A stretch of 64,000 nucleotides of DNA from Candidatus Sungiibacteriota bacterium (GTDB lineage Bacteria > Patescibacteriota > Minisyncoccia > Sungbacterales > JACQCQ01): the NCBI GenBank assembly GCA_016201505.1, contig JACQCQ010000009.1:1991-65990 (forward strand), read 5' to 3'. This document shows positions 1 through 9,742 of the stretch, one piece after another (position 1 is the first letter of the stretch; every line of letters starts with the position of its first letter). The notes beneath the pieces are model-generated. The model did not search any database and had not been told where the DNA came from. It worked only from the letters and a program-made list of their open reading frames with translations. The translations under genes were made by a program, and so were the position numbers.

Positions 1-240
1 GGGCGAGGCGGAAGGGGGGTGTGGGGGGAATTCCGCCTCGCCCGAGCCGAAGCGAAGCCCCGCCGCCCTGCTCGGTCAGAGCAGAGTCCCGCAAAAAAGT
101 TTTCTTTTCCTTTTAGAAGAAAAAGAAATCGCGCGCCAAATCAAAAAATGCGAAGAAAACTTTTTTGCGGAACAGCGAGCGAAGCGAGCGGCGGCGGGGC
201 GGAGCGTCAGTTTCGCTCAAAGAAATTTCGCGCAAGGTTT
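1..240 (+). mobile_element. End of a structured repeat or island-border element, related to 17820-18068
   Basis: GC-rich hairpins; GTTTCGCTCAAAGAAATTTCGCGCAAG at about 210-236 recurs as GTTTCGCTCAAAGAAAGTTCGCGCAAAG at about 18030-18058. Confidence 0.5.
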
Positions 241-304
241 AGAATATCCCACAAAAAAAGACGCGCCATCCTCCCATAAAGATGTACGCGTCAGGTTACA
301 CGTC

Positions 305-904
305 ATGAATCAAAAAATAATCTACGTCATGATTGGCGCCGCGGTCGTATCCGGCGGAATTTTGTATGCGAGTTATTATCCCGCAGAACTGGCGAGCCAG
401 TTCGCAAAAACCGCCACTGTCTACGACGAGTCTATTAAAGTCTCGCCGGGCAAGGCCATCAAAGTTGCTGAAGTTATTGATGGCGATACGATTGTCCTCG
501 CTAACGGCGACCACTTGCGCTATATCGGCATGGACACCCCCGAAGAAGTTGACCCGCGAAAGCCGGTGCAGTGCTATGCCAAAGAGGCGGCCGACGCGAA
601 TCGCCGGCTGGTTCAAGGGAAAACGATTATTTTTTATCGGGATGTTTCGGAGCATGATAAATACGGCCGCTGGCTGGGGTATGTCTACCTTTTAGACGGG
701 CCCGATGCCAAAATGAATACATTTGTAAATCGAACGCTGGTCAGGTCCGGCTTTGCCTTTGCCTATAATTACAAGCCGGACACTTCCAAAGCCGCTTTAT
801 TTAAAACCGATGAAACGGCCGCAAAAAATGATCACCTCGGCCTGTGGGCGCATTGCACTGTGACTCGCTTATCGACCGGCCGCGAGCAGACGAATAATTT
901 ATGA
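305..904 (+). CDS. Thermonuclease (SNase-like) with N-terminal membrane anchor
   Basis: VIDGDTI, RYIGMDTPE, DKYGRWLGYVY motifs. Confidence 0.92.
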   Translation: MNQKIIYVMIGAAVVSGGILYASYYPAELASQFAKTATVYDESIKVSPGKAIKVAEVIDGDTIVLANGDHLRYIGMDTPEEVDPRKPVQCYAKEAADANRRLVQGKTIIFYRDVSEHDKYGRWLGYVYLLDGPDAKMNTFVNRTLVRSGFAFAYNYKPDTSKAALFKTDETAAKNDHLGLWAHCTVTRLSTGREQTNNL

Positions 905-1623
905 ATTTTGCCCTTAGCTACATACGCTATATCGTTTTGACGGGCAGCATTATTCTGGCGGCCGTTTTATTTTTGAGTCTGGTGTCCGGGTCTTCGCTGC
1001 CTGCGAGCAGCTATCTAAAACTCGATCGGCTGTACGGTCTGATCGCCGTTTCATTTCTATACCTTGCCTTACTCGCCACACCCCTCACCCAAGCCTGGCC
1101 AACTATCCCCTATCGTGTTGTTTACGTAAAAGCCCGCCGCGCCATCGGGGTCTCGGCTTTTTTCTTCGGTCTGCTCCACGCACTGATTTCGTTTTTTGTG
1201 TTACTCGGCGGCTATTCCGGCCTTTTCTTTTTAAATTCAACGTCTGCCTTGGCGATAGCGCTCGGATTCCTTCAGCTTTTAATTTTGGCGATCCTAGCTT
1301 CGACCTCATTTGATTCTATGGTGCGAAAACTCGGCACGCGCTGGAAGCAACTACACCGGCTCGTTTACATCGCCGCGTTTTCAATTTTAATTCACGCCAT
1401 CATTCTCGGCAGCGATATCGGTGATTGGTCGAATTCCATTTCTCAAGTCTTCTATATCGCCGTCATATTTCTGTTCGCTCTCGAGGATCTGCGCATATTT
1501 GGGTATCTAAAAAGAAAATTCCCGACATTTTCACGGCGACTGCTTCTGGCCCCCTGTATTCTGGTTTATTTGGTTTTCTCCATTTTGCTCTACCGGTTCA
1601 TGAGTTTCGGCCATGCGCATTAG
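901..1623 (+). CDS. Ferric reductase-like / MsrQ(YedZ) heme-binding membrane protein
   Basis: RRAIGV, LLH, ASTS, WKQLHRLVY motifs; multiple TM helices. Confidence 0.8.
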   Translation: MNFALSYIRYIVLTGSIILAAVLFLSLVSGSSLPASSYLKLDRLYGLIAVSFLYLALLATPLTQAWPTIPYRVVYVKARRAIGVSAFFFGLLHALISFFVLLGGYSGLFFLNSTSALAIALGFLQLLILAILASTSFDSMVRKLGTRWKQLHRLVYIAAFSILIHAIILGSDIGDWSNSISQVFYIAVIFLFALEDLRIFGYLKRKFPTFSRRLLLAPCILVYLVFSILLYRFMSFGHAH

Positions 1624-2137
1624 AAAATGGGTTGAGGTTTTTTCCATTTTCTATTTGCTGTTTGCTATTTGCTTCTCCGCCTCCGCCCATGTTTTAAAGA
1701 GCGACGGCGTAATCGGCGCCGATCTTCACATTGAGCCGGATGACGATCCTTACGTCGGAGCTCCCGCGACGCTGTACCTCGATTTTAAGGACTTGAGCGG
1801 AAAGTTTTTGCTCGATCAATGCGACTGCCGCATGAGTATTTCTCTAGATAACAGCCAGCTGTATGAAGCGAGCCTCGTCTCTTTCACCGCCTCGTACACA
1901 TTTGCCAAACCCGCAAGCTATCTGCTCACGGTGAGCGGAACACCGAAACACATTCGCGCATTCCAGCCGTTTTCACTAGAATATCCAATACGAGTCGCCC
2001 GTATGGTCCCGCCAGCCGCGGCCTCGCAAAAGTCAAAAACTCATAATCATAATTCGATAATTCTGTACGGCATTTCGGCCATCATCACGTTCTTTATTTT
2101 GTACTACGAAAAAAATAAAGCGAAGTTGTTTTCGTAA
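1613..2137 (+). CDS. Hypothetical secreted, membrane-anchored protein
   Basis: Signal peptide ending ASAH, C-terminal TM, overlaps upstream stop. Confidence 0.65.
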   Translation: MRIRKWVEVFSIFYLLFAICFSASAHVLKSDGVIGADLHIEPDDDPYVGAPATLYLDFKDLSGKFLLDQCDCRMSISLDNSQLYEASLVSFTASYTFAKPASYLLTVSGTPKHIRAFQPFSLEYPIRVARMVPPAAASQKSKTHNHNSIILYGISAIITFFILYYEKNKAKLFS

Positions 2138-2226
2138 CATGCCGGAATCATTATTTACCGCGGCGCTTATCCAGCATTTGCTCCTCCGGCAATTTTTGAC
2201 ATTACCAATGGCGGGAGATAGGCTAT

Positions 2227-2871
2227 TTGAGTATGTCTAAATTTTCCATCGGCATCATGCTCTTAGTTCTGGTTCTTTCCGGCGGGCTTTTTTATATCGC
2301 GAAACATAGACCCGAAGACGCTGCCCATGTCCTAACGCTGGCCGTGACTCCCGGTGATCACGCCACGGGGACGCCGACCGCAAGGGTCACTTTGCTCGAA
2401 TACGGCGATTATCAGTGTCCGGCCTGCGCCGCCTATTTTCCGCTGGTCGAGCAAATCCGCAAAGATTATGCGGGCAAAATCCTCTTTGTCTTCCGCAATT
2501 TTCCGCTTACAGCGATCCATTCAAATGCCGAGATCGCGGCCCTGGCGGCTGAAGCCGCCGGCCTGCAGGGAAAATATTTTGAGATGTATGCAACACTCTA
2601 TCCGCATCAAAACGATTGGTCGGGTTCCCGAAATGCCAAAGATATTTTTATGGGGTATGCCGAAAGTCTCGGCCTCGATAAAACCAAGTTCTCGAACGAT
2701 CTTGATTCAGATAGCTTAAAGAAAAAAATTGAAGATGATGCCAACAGCGGACTGGCCGCGGGCGTCCAGGGCACGCCGACTTTCTTTATCAATGGTAAGT
2801 CGATTCAAAATCCGCAAAGTTATGATGGATTCAAAAAACTCATTGACGACGCCCTCGCCAAGAATCCCTAA
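2227..2871 (+). CDS. dsbA: DsbA-family thiol:disulfide oxidoreductase
   Basis: EYGDYQCPAC and GVQGTPTFFING motifs. Confidence 0.92.
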   Translation: MSMSKFSIGIMLLVLVLSGGLFYIAKHRPEDAAHVLTLAVTPGDHATGTPTARVTLLEYGDYQCPACAAYFPLVEQIRKDYAGKILFVFRNFPLTAIHSNAEIAALAAEAAGLQGKYFEMYATLYPHQNDWSGSRNAKDIFMGYAESLGLDKTKFSNDLDSDSLKKKIEDDANSGLAAGVQGTPTFFINGKSIQNPQSYDGFKKLIDDALAKNP

Positions 2872-3298
2872 GTGGCTGGCACCAGCCATTATTATCGTAT
2901 CCGCCATCGGGCTGCTTGATTCCGCCTATCTGGCCATGAAGTATTATTTGGGCGAGCCCGTTACCTGCTCGCTCTTTTGGGGCTGCGAGGCCGTGACCAC
3001 CAGCCAATATGCCGCCGTGGGCCATGTTCCGACGGCACTATTCGGCGTTTTATTTTACCTCGGCACATTTTTACTCGGGATTCTCTATTACGAAACCAAA
3101 AAAGAAATCTATTTGCGCCAATTTTCGTATCTCTCCGCGATTGGATTTTTAGTTTCACTGGGTCTCCTCTGGCTTGAACTGTTTGTCATCCGCGCCATCT
3201 GCGTCTACTGCTCAATTTCAACCCTCGCCTCAACCATTCTTTTCATCTGCGGCGTCTTCAGCCTGCGTAATACATCGAGCGCGCGGAACTCTCCTTGA
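2822..3298 (+). CDS. Vitamin K epoxide reductase (VKOR) family protein
   Basis: C-x5-C-x2-V-x2-S loop and CVYC motif; adjacent to DsbA; start shortened from ORF 2729. Confidence 0.9.
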   Translation: MMDSKNSLTTPSPRIPKWLAPAIIIVSAIGLLDSAYLAMKYYLGEPVTCSLFWGCEAVTTSQYAAVGHVPTALFGVLFYLGTFLLGILYYETKKEIYLRQFSYLSAIGFLVSLGLLWLELFVIRAICVYCSISTLASTILFICGVFSLRNTSSARNSP

Positions 3299-3364
3299 AG
3301 TAAAAAGACATTTTGGCATACTGGATGGTAGAGTTTGCCCCCACTCCACGAAGGAGGTGAGGCG

Positions 3365-4108
3365 ATGAGCCTTGTCGGGAGAGTCATCATCGTCGCCAGC
3401 GTTCTGGTTTTCGGATTCTCGTCCTGCGCGCCGTTCAAAGTAACGGGGGTAAAACCCGCCGCCCAGGCACAGGCCGCGGCCAGCGACTCCGCCAAATCGG
3501 CCGCTCAATGCTCGCGTACTGCGCAAGAATCGGTCGGCAAGTTTCTGGCCGGGTTGATGGAGGCCATCTGGAAATCGAGTCTCGTGCTTCTTCGTTCGGT
3601 CTTTCCGCCGGACATGAATCTTCTGCAGGCCTTCAGCGACAAGAACGACGGCGGCGAGGTGGTGAAAGCCATCATGCAATACTCGAAAGAACAAATGGGC
3701 GACCAGGTTGCCCCCGAGTACGATCCGGGGGCCGTCGTCATAGACACCGAAAACCCGCTGGTCAAGCTGGTCACGGTCCGGCGGCATATCGATCACACCA
3801 GTTACAAGACGGGCAAAACCGAGGAGTTGGATGAAGAGCGCCAATTCATGGTCATGTTTGACAGTCCGGACCGAAACTGCATCATCTGGATCCGGGCGAT
3901 TGACCCCGCTTGGAGAAGAATCAGCGAGAGCCAAACCACCGGCTCTCGTTTTATTTTGAATTATTTTTATCCGCCGTCGCAGCAGACCTCAGGCATTAGC
4001 CTAAGGGTGAGTGTGATTATGACAGATAATCTTGAGTCGAGTTTGGGAGTGGATGCTTTGGCGCCTGCTCGCCAGTGCCTGTGTCATAAGGACTCCCTAA
4101 TGTCTTAA
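3365..4108 (+). CDS. Hypothetical lipoprotein; C-terminus reads through a terminator into a MITE
   Basis: AAGGAGGTGA SD, FSSC lipobox-like motif. Confidence 0.5.
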   Translation: MSLVGRVIIVASVLVFGFSSCAPFKVTGVKPAAQAQAAASDSAKSAAQCSRTAQESVGKFLAGLMEAIWKSSLVLLRSVFPPDMNLLQAFSDKNDGGEVVKAIMQYSKEQMGDQVAPEYDPGAVVIDTENPLVKLVTVRRHIDHTSYKTGKTEELDEERQFMVMFDSPDRNCIIWIRAIDPAWRRISESQTTGSRFILNYFYPPSQQTSGISLRVSVIMTDNLESSLGVDALAPARQCLCHKDSLMS

Positions 4109-4241
4109 GCACACTCTGTATTCTCACTCTCTCCTAAGCTCGTCTAGCAGGCAGATGGCAGGCGGGGATTCCGCTGATCTCGCAAGAGTTCGCCTGAAAG
4201 CGAATTGCGAGATGCCACGGCCTCATGGCCGTGTAGCTTCA
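3971..4241 (+). mobile_element. Non-autonomous IS200/IS605-like element, copy 1
   Basis: Follows TTTAT, subterminal hairpins at both ends, ends TTCA; both ends homologous to 59104-59269. Confidence 0.65.
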
Positions 4242-4325
4242 TAAAAAAAATACCACCTCGCCCTGATCCGCCCGCTGGCGGGATCGAGGGCGAGGTGTGT
4301 GATGCAGGGAGCGCTGCTCCCTTAC

Positions 4326-4715
4326 CTACTTCGGGAAAGCGAAGACGGGTCCGTCGGCCAGGTTCTCGAGCCTCTTCGGCTTCAGCGGATCCACGAACCC
4401 GACCGAGACGGCGGTAGGCACCGTGCTCACGATCGAGGCGGCCGAGTCAATGGCGGTCAACGGCGTGTTAATGACGGCGGCTCCGAGGCCGGTGGCCACA
4501 CCGACGGGGCCGCGCTTGTCCACCTCGTCGCCGACGCTCTTGAAGGGGGCGAGCCCGACGTTGGCTGCGCCGACCACGACGGTCTGGACGCCGTCCCAGA
4601 GGCCCATGAGCGGGTTCGAGTTCACCTTGACCTTGATGTCCGCAGCCGCCGCCGGGGCCGGCGCGACCAGGATTAGAGCGAAAACCGCCATCACTATGAT
4701 GCCGAGTGCTTTCAT
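4326..4715 (-). CDS. Hypothetical secreted protein
   Basis: GGGAGG SD, signal peptide, GC-rich codon usage. Confidence 0.65.
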   Translation of the reverse strand: MKALGIIVMAVFALILVAPAPAAAADIKVKVNSNPLMGLWDGVQTVVVGAANVGLAPFKSVGDEVDKRGPVGVATGLGAAVINTPLTAIDSAASIVSTVPTAVSVGFVDPLKPKRLENLADGPVFAFPK

Positions 4716-4896
4716 GTTCCCTCCCGGGGGATGGGGTGAACTGCGCCTACTTCGTGTGCTGAAGAAACCATACCACGCTCGTCAGTTCTTTTAAGCGGAC
4801 TTATCCACACCTGTGTATAATTCAAGCCGCAAAAGCACATAGTATAAAGAGAGATACTTCGGGTCGCAGTCAAGCCCAAGAAAAGGGAGGCGGCCA

Positions 4897-5334
4897 ATGA
4901 AGGTGCTCTTTGTCATTCTAGTCATGCTCGCGATGGTTGCCGGATCGGTTCCGGCGGCGGGACAGCCAACCCTGCCTCTCTTCAATCCCTACCCGGGAGT
5001 GACGCAGGAGAAGATGGACACGGACACCAAGTACTGCCTGAACTTCGCCACCGTTCAGGTAACGACGCAAGTGCCCGGCCAAGATAACACCGGCCGCGAC
5101 GCGGCTGTCGGCGCGCTCGGCGGTGCCGCTACCGGTGCCGCCATCGGTGCGATCGCCGGGGGTGGCAAAGGCGCCGGCAAAGGCGCTGCGATCGGTGGTC
5201 TGGCGGGACTCATTTTCGGTGGGCTATCTGGCGCAAGCCAGGCACAGTCGAGTCAAACCCAAACGACGCCCATGCTTGATGGAAATCGATATGCCGCCTG
5301 CATGAACCAGTTGGGATACCCGCGCGTGCCGTAG
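4897..5334 (+). CDS. Glycine-zipper domain secreted protein
   Basis: GALGGAATGAAIGAIAGG repeats flanked by a Cys pair; signal peptide. Confidence 0.8.
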   Translation: MKVLFVILVMLAMVAGSVPAAGQPTLPLFNPYPGVTQEKMDTDTKYCLNFATVQVTTQVPGQDNTGRDAAVGALGGAATGAAIGAIAGGGKGAGKGAAIGGLAGLIFGGLSGASQAQSSQTQTTPMLDGNRYAACMNQLGYPRVP

Positions 5335-5359
5335 CCGGTGATCCCCAGGAGGAGAAAAG

Positions 5360-5890
5360 ATGATCACTACGACGACACTGCAGTCAAACGGGGCTGGAGT
5401 TACCGCCAAGTCAAGAAGCATGGGCACTCGCCAGGACGGCCTTGTCGGTTGGAAGCTGGTGCTGCCGATCGTTCTCGGCCTGCTCGCAATGTTTGCCTTC
5501 TCGACGGGGATCATGCTCGCGGCAGATCACGGCGGACGGACGCTGCGTAACGCCGTCATGACGACCTGGCTGCTCGCGTTCTTCTATCCGATCAGCATGC
5601 TCTTCCTGACGCTCGTTCTCGTGCGGATCGGCTGTCAGATCTCGAGATACCCGCCGAGTTCGAAGCTCACCAGCTGGGGATCGAATGCCCCCGGACTCGC
5701 AGTCGGGGTTCTTCTGCTCGCTGTGTTCATTGGTCTAAAGATTCTCACGGGGATGCCGACGAAGACGGGAGCAGAAGCGCTTCAGTCACTGCTCACCTAC
5801 TTCTGCGCCTTGGCGGTCCTGGTGGCCATCTGCGAGGTTGTCCGCTGGCTGGGGCGAGAGATCACGCATCCAGCCTTGAGCCTCATGTAG
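5360..5890 (+). CDS. Hypothetical membrane protein
   Basis: AGGAGG SD, four hydrophobic segments. Confidence 0.6.
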   Translation: MITTTTLQSNGAGVTAKSRSMGTRQDGLVGWKLVLPIVLGLLAMFAFSTGIMLAADHGGRTLRNAVMTTWLLAFFYPISMLFLTLVLVRIGCQISRYPPSSKLTSWGSNAPGLAVGVLLLAVFIGLKILTGMPTKTGAEALQSLLTYFCALAVLVAICEVVRWLGREITHPALSLM

Positions 5891-5979
5891 CAGAGGTACT
5901 GCTACATGATCTCGGCTTCGAGAGCCGGCCGCTTCCTTCATCTGAAGCGACCGGCTATTTTTTTGTCAATCGATTTTAC

Positions 5980-6084
5980 TACCACACCAGAAAGCCTCGT
6001 CTCTAAAGACGCGAGTGAATGATTAAAAAATGCCACGCCTTAGTCAGAAAGCCGCGGATTTGCACCCGTGGTGTGGGGGTTTAC
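5980..6084 (+). mobile_element. Short diverged IS200/IS605-like remnant
   Basis: GAAAGCC-hairpin-GTGAATG left end and GAAAGCC-hairpin right end overlapping the dedA stop. Confidence 0.4.
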
Positions 6085-6656
6085 TCAAGATCCGATAGTC
6101 TCCCGATCAAAAATTCAAGCAGGATGAATACCAGCAGACCCGAAAGTAGCGCGATCTCGGTAAATCTCAAATAGTGCCGGACATGAATGAGCGTCGCCGA
6201 TGAAAAAAAGCCCAGCGAAGCTACAATTAAAAACCACATGAAAACAGCCAGAGAATCTTTGCGCCAGATTTTTTTTGGCTCTATATTTAAGAGTCCGGCT
6301 TTGACCACCATCAAATGGCCGAGGCCGTACATAAATTTTGAAATGAAGAGTGTGCGGGCGGTTCGTTCGGCGAGATGAGTGTTGAAACGATTGGTCAGCC
6401 GTTCAATCCAATGGCGGACAAAAAGCCAAACTTTTGTTTCGCGGAGCCAGACGCCGATTTGATACCAGAATGTCTCGCCGATCAGCAGTCCGACAGCAAC
6501 GACCAGAATTGTTTTTGCCGGATTTAAATACCCGAGACGCGCGAGAAAAGCCGCGGTAAATAAAATGATATCGCCTTCAAAAATCATGCCGAAGAATATA
6601 AATGCATAGGCCAAGGGTCGCGAAATAAGTAAATACGGCAATAAAAAAGAGCGCAT
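6081..6656 (-). CDS. DedA family membrane protein
   Basis: FEGD, G-x5-Y-x-IG and SKFMYG motifs. Confidence 0.8.
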   Translation of the reverse strand: MRSFLLPYLLISRPLAYAFIFFGMIFEGDIILFTAAFLARLGYLNPAKTILVVAVGLLIGETFWYQIGVWLRETKVWLFVRHWIERLTNRFNTHLAERTARTLFISKFMYGLGHLMVVKAGLLNIEPKKIWRKDSLAVFMWFLIVASLGFFSSATLIHVRHYLRFTEIALLSGLLVFILLEFLIGRLSDLE

Positions 6657-6660
6657 CCGT

Positions 6661-7401
6661 TTAGGGTTTTATCAATTGGTAGAGCTCATCATCCAGTCGG
6701 AACACTTCCTCCGATCTCATATTGCGCGGTCGCGGCAGATGATTTTGGATTATGCGTTCAACCCGGGCTGGCGGTTTTGTCAGCACAGCAATGCGGTCCG
6801 CCATTTCGACCGATTCGTGGATGTTGTGCGAAACCATCACGATCGTAACTTTTCGCTCGGCCCAGACGTCGAGCAGTTCTTGGCGCAGGGCGTCGCCGGT
6901 GAATGAGTCAAGTTCGGAAAACGGCTCGTCCATGAAGATTATTTTTGGGTCGGTGGCGAGCGCCCGGGCAATGCCGACGCGCTGCTTCATGCCGCCGGAC
7001 AATTCATGCGGGTGATGATTTGCGAATTTTTCCAGTCCAAAGATTTTAAGTTCTTGCCAGACGCGTTCTCTTCGTTTCTCCTCCGAAGTCTCGCGCTCGA
7101 GGAGACCGAGTTCGATATTCTCGCCGACCGTCAGCCAGGGCAGAAGCGCAAACTGCTGAAAGACAAAGCTGATATCTTTTTGGCTAAGCCCTGCGCCTAA
7201 GACCCTCTCCCCGGTGTAAGCTGGCTCGATGCCGGCGAAGATGCGGAGCAAGGTTGATTTGCCTGAACCCGAGGGCCCCATTAGGACAAAGAACTCGCCA
7301 AAATGAATTTCCAGGTTGATGTCTTTTAACGCATGAAAAGGACTGGCGTTTTTTCCGTCCATAAAAGTTTTATTTATATTTTTTGCTTCAAGTGCAAACA
7401 T
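6661..7401 (-). CDS. NitT/TauT-family ABC transporter ATP-binding protein
   Basis: GPSGSGKST, LSGGMKQR, MDEPF. Confidence 0.92.
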   Translation of the reverse strand: MFALEAKNINKTFMDGKNASPFHALKDINLEIHFGEFFVLMGPSGSGKSTLLRIFAGIEPAYTGERVLGAGLSQKDISFVFQQFALLPWLTVGENIELGLLERETSEEKRRERVWQELKIFGLEKFANHHPHELSGGMKQRVGIARALATDPKIIFMDEPFSELDSFTGDALRQELLDVWAERKVTIVMVSHNIHESVEMADRIAVLTKPPARVERIIQNHLPRPRNMRSEEVFRLDDELYQLIKP

Positions 7402-7404
7402 AGG

Positions 7405-8136
7405 TCAATCGTCGGTCCGCGTGTGCGACCACTCAAGCAACGGCAGCCAGATTATTTTATTGATGAGGAAGATGAGCGCGAGTAATCCCAAAATGCCAAA
7501 AGCGGTCACGGTGGGGTTGCTGGAAAATGATTGGAAAAATTCCCCCAGCCCGCGCGGCGCGCGCGCGATAATTTCGGTGGCCACCAGTCCCTCCCAGCCG
7601 TTGCCCAAGCCGATGATGGAGCCGGTAATAAATCCCGGTGCGGAGGCGGGCAGCAAAAATTTTTTAATATAGGTCAAGCCGCGCAAATCGGCGATGGCTA
7701 CGGCCTCATGCCAGTCGCGCTTAATAAGCCGCAGCGAGCTGGTAATCGTAAAAAAAATCGGCCAGACGATGATCATAAAAAGAAAGAAAATAACAACCAG
7801 ACTAGCGTTCCCAAATACTAAAACGGCAAACGGCAGTGCCGCGAATGTCGGGAAACTCTGTAGCACATCAAAAAACGGCAGGGCCCATTCTGCTTTCTTG
7901 CCGCGGTAGAACAAAACCGCCAGAACCCAACCAACGCAGGAAGACAGAAAATACGCAATCGCAAGCCGCAATACAGATATGCCGACATCGTACGAAAGCC
8001 GCCAGAGCTCAATGTTGGCGTAGGCCGAGAATAATGCCAAAAGAAAAAAGGGCAGAGCGACGACAGCGGCTGTTACAGCCAGATGCCGTGAAGAGGTATA
8101 TATGCCTACCGGGACCCGGTGCGCGTGATGTCTCAT
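7405..8136 (-). CDS. NitT/TauT-family ABC transporter permease
   Basis: DVLQSFP, W-x2-LVATE motif, TM helices. Confidence 0.85.
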   Translation of the reverse strand: MRHHAHRVPVGIYTSSRHLAVTAAVVALPFFLLALFSAYANIELWRLSYDVGISVLRLAIAYFLSSCVGWVLAVLFYRGKKAEWALPFFDVLQSFPTFAALPFAVLVFGNASLVVIFFLFMIIVWPIFFTITSSLRLIKRDWHEAVAIADLRGLTYIKKFLLPASAPGFITGSIIGLGNGWEGLVATEIIARAPRGLGEFFQSFSSNPTVTAFGILGLLALIFLINKIIWLPLLEWSHTRTDD

Positions 8137-8448
8137 GTATTTTCTATTATGCCGGTAGATAAACTGCGGAAGGTTCCGTTAAAACCGAACTGGATCTACC
8201 GCTGAAAACTAAAAATCTATAACCAACCGACTGTCCATGACAAAATAGTAGCATAAAAATTCGAAGTTATTCTCACCGGGTATGCGCTAGACGAGGTTCT
8301 TTCCAAAGACAGCAAAATAGCGTATAACAATCAGTATTATGCCCGCCTAAATTTTTTGGCGGGCAGGATAATCTGAAGAAACATAAAATTTCCAGTATAA
8401 TTTAAGAAGTCGAAACATATGCTGCGTGACTTAAAAACTTAAGCCGGT

Positions 8449-9378
8449 ATGCCGCCGGAAACTCGCACGTCGCCGAAAGATGTCTTTTTGCATCTGCTCG
8501 CCCTGCTGACGCTTTATCTCTCGGCGATCTCGGCCATCGCTTTGCTATTTCAGTACGTTGATTATTTTTTTCCTGATGCCCTAAATCCATACGCACCGGG
8601 TGCCGGCATTCGTTGGGCAATTGCCGCGCTCGTCATTCTTTTTCCGGTGCATGTCATCATCATGAGACTACTGCAAAAAGATTTTGTAAAGACGCCCGCG
8701 CATCGCGAGGGACGACTGCGCAAATGGCTGATTTATTTTACGCTGTTTGCGGCGGCCGTTACGCTGATCGTCGATCTTGTCGTTTTGGTGTTTCACTTTT
8801 TAGACGGTGATTTAACATTTAGTTTTATCGGCAAAGTCTTGTCGGTGGGGCTGGTTGCCGGCGGGGTATTTGGCTATTACATCTGGGATTTAAAAAGACA
8901 AGAGGTTCGCATATCGGTTAAAGCCGCGCGAATTCTTTGGGCCGCGGGTGTGGTTCTGGCTCTTACCGTCATTGGCGGATTTTTTGTCATCGGCTCGCCG
9001 TTTGCCCAGCGCCAAGTCCGATTCGATGAAGAGCGCGTAAATAATTTAATGCTGGTTCAATCAGAAATAATTTCATACTGGCAGGCCAAACAAAAACTGC
9101 CCCCAAGTTTGAGTGATCTGAAAAATGATATCTCGGGATTTGTTCCGCCGCACGATCCGGAGTCCGGCGCGTCATATCAATATGCGGTGACGGGACAATA
9201 CGCATTCGATCTCTGCGCAGTCTTTGATCGGCCGAGTTCTAAAACTCCCTCGCCAGCCTACCGCTATCCCGCCAGCCAGAACGATGTCTGGCAGCATGCC
9301 TCCGGCCGCGTCTGCTTTTCGCGTTCCATTGACCGAGAGTTGTATCCGCCGAATGCGGGCCTAAAACCAGTGCGCTAG
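8449..9378 (+). CDS. DUF5671-like membrane protein
   Basis: KDVFLHL, RKWLIYFTLF, R-x-RFDEER, DPESG pattern typical of this CPR family. Confidence 0.7.
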   Translation: MPPETRTSPKDVFLHLLALLTLYLSAISAIALLFQYVDYFFPDALNPYAPGAGIRWAIAALVILFPVHVIIMRLLQKDFVKTPAHREGRLRKWLIYFTLFAAAVTLIVDLVVLVFHFLDGDLTFSFIGKVLSVGLVAGGVFGYYIWDLKRQEVRISVKAARILWAAGVVLALTVIGGFFVIGSPFAQRQVRFDEERVNNLMLVQSEIISYWQAKQKLPPSLSDLKNDISGFVPPHDPESGASYQYAVTGQYAFDLCAVFDRPSSKTPSPAYRYPASQNDVWQHASGRVCFSRSIDRELYPPNAGLKPVR

Positions 9379-9383
9379 GCAGA

Positions 9384-9417
9384 GAAAGCCCCCGCGCGAG
9401 ACGTTGCGGGGCTTTTC
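9384..9417 (+). terminator. Intrinsic terminator
   Basis: AAAGCCCCCGC...GCGGGGCTTTT hairpin after the stop. Confidence 0.65.
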
Positions 9418-9465
9418 AATCCGGCCAAACGTCCGTAGAGTGGAACGGTTATACGTATAAGAGAT

Positions 9466-9741
9466 ATGCAGCGGCTTGAAGCAAAAATATTTGGGCGCGT
9501 CCAGATGGTACTGTTTCGCGATTTTACCAGGAGACACGCTCTGAAGCTGGGGCTTTCCGGGTTTGTGCGCAATGAAACCGATGGCAGTGTGTTGGTAGTT
9601 GCAGAAGGTAAGAAGGAGTTTCTGGATAAGCTGCTTTCCAAAATTCACCGCGGGCCGATGTTTTCGCGCGTTTCTGACGTTGAGATCGAGTGGAAGGAAG
9701 CTGACGGGAAATTCCCGACGTTCAGTATTGATTTTTCTTGA
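9466..9741 (+). CDS. acyP: Acylphosphatase
   Basis: GRVQMVLFR and GFVRNETDGSV. Confidence 0.92.
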   Translation: MQRLEAKIFGRVQMVLFRDFTRRHALKLGLSGFVRNETDGSVLVVAEGKKEFLDKLLSKIHRGPMFSRVSDVEIEWKEADGKFPTFSIDFS

Positions 9742-9742
9742 A

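Noticed and set aside
19-279. 86-aa ORF, and similar ORFs at 17573-18150 and 63591-63955
   Set aside because: These translate palindromic repeat DNA into R/S/F-rich sequence with no protein motifs.
3925-4108. Genuine C-terminal domain of ORF 3335..4108
   Set aside because: It runs through a terminator-like hairpin and the mini-element, so it is probably read-through after loss of the stop codon.
3985-4140. RNase P RNA or riboswitch
   Set aside because: Local pairings exist, but the GAGGAAAGUCC and matching 3-prime motifs are absent; the region lies inside the IS605-like mini-element.
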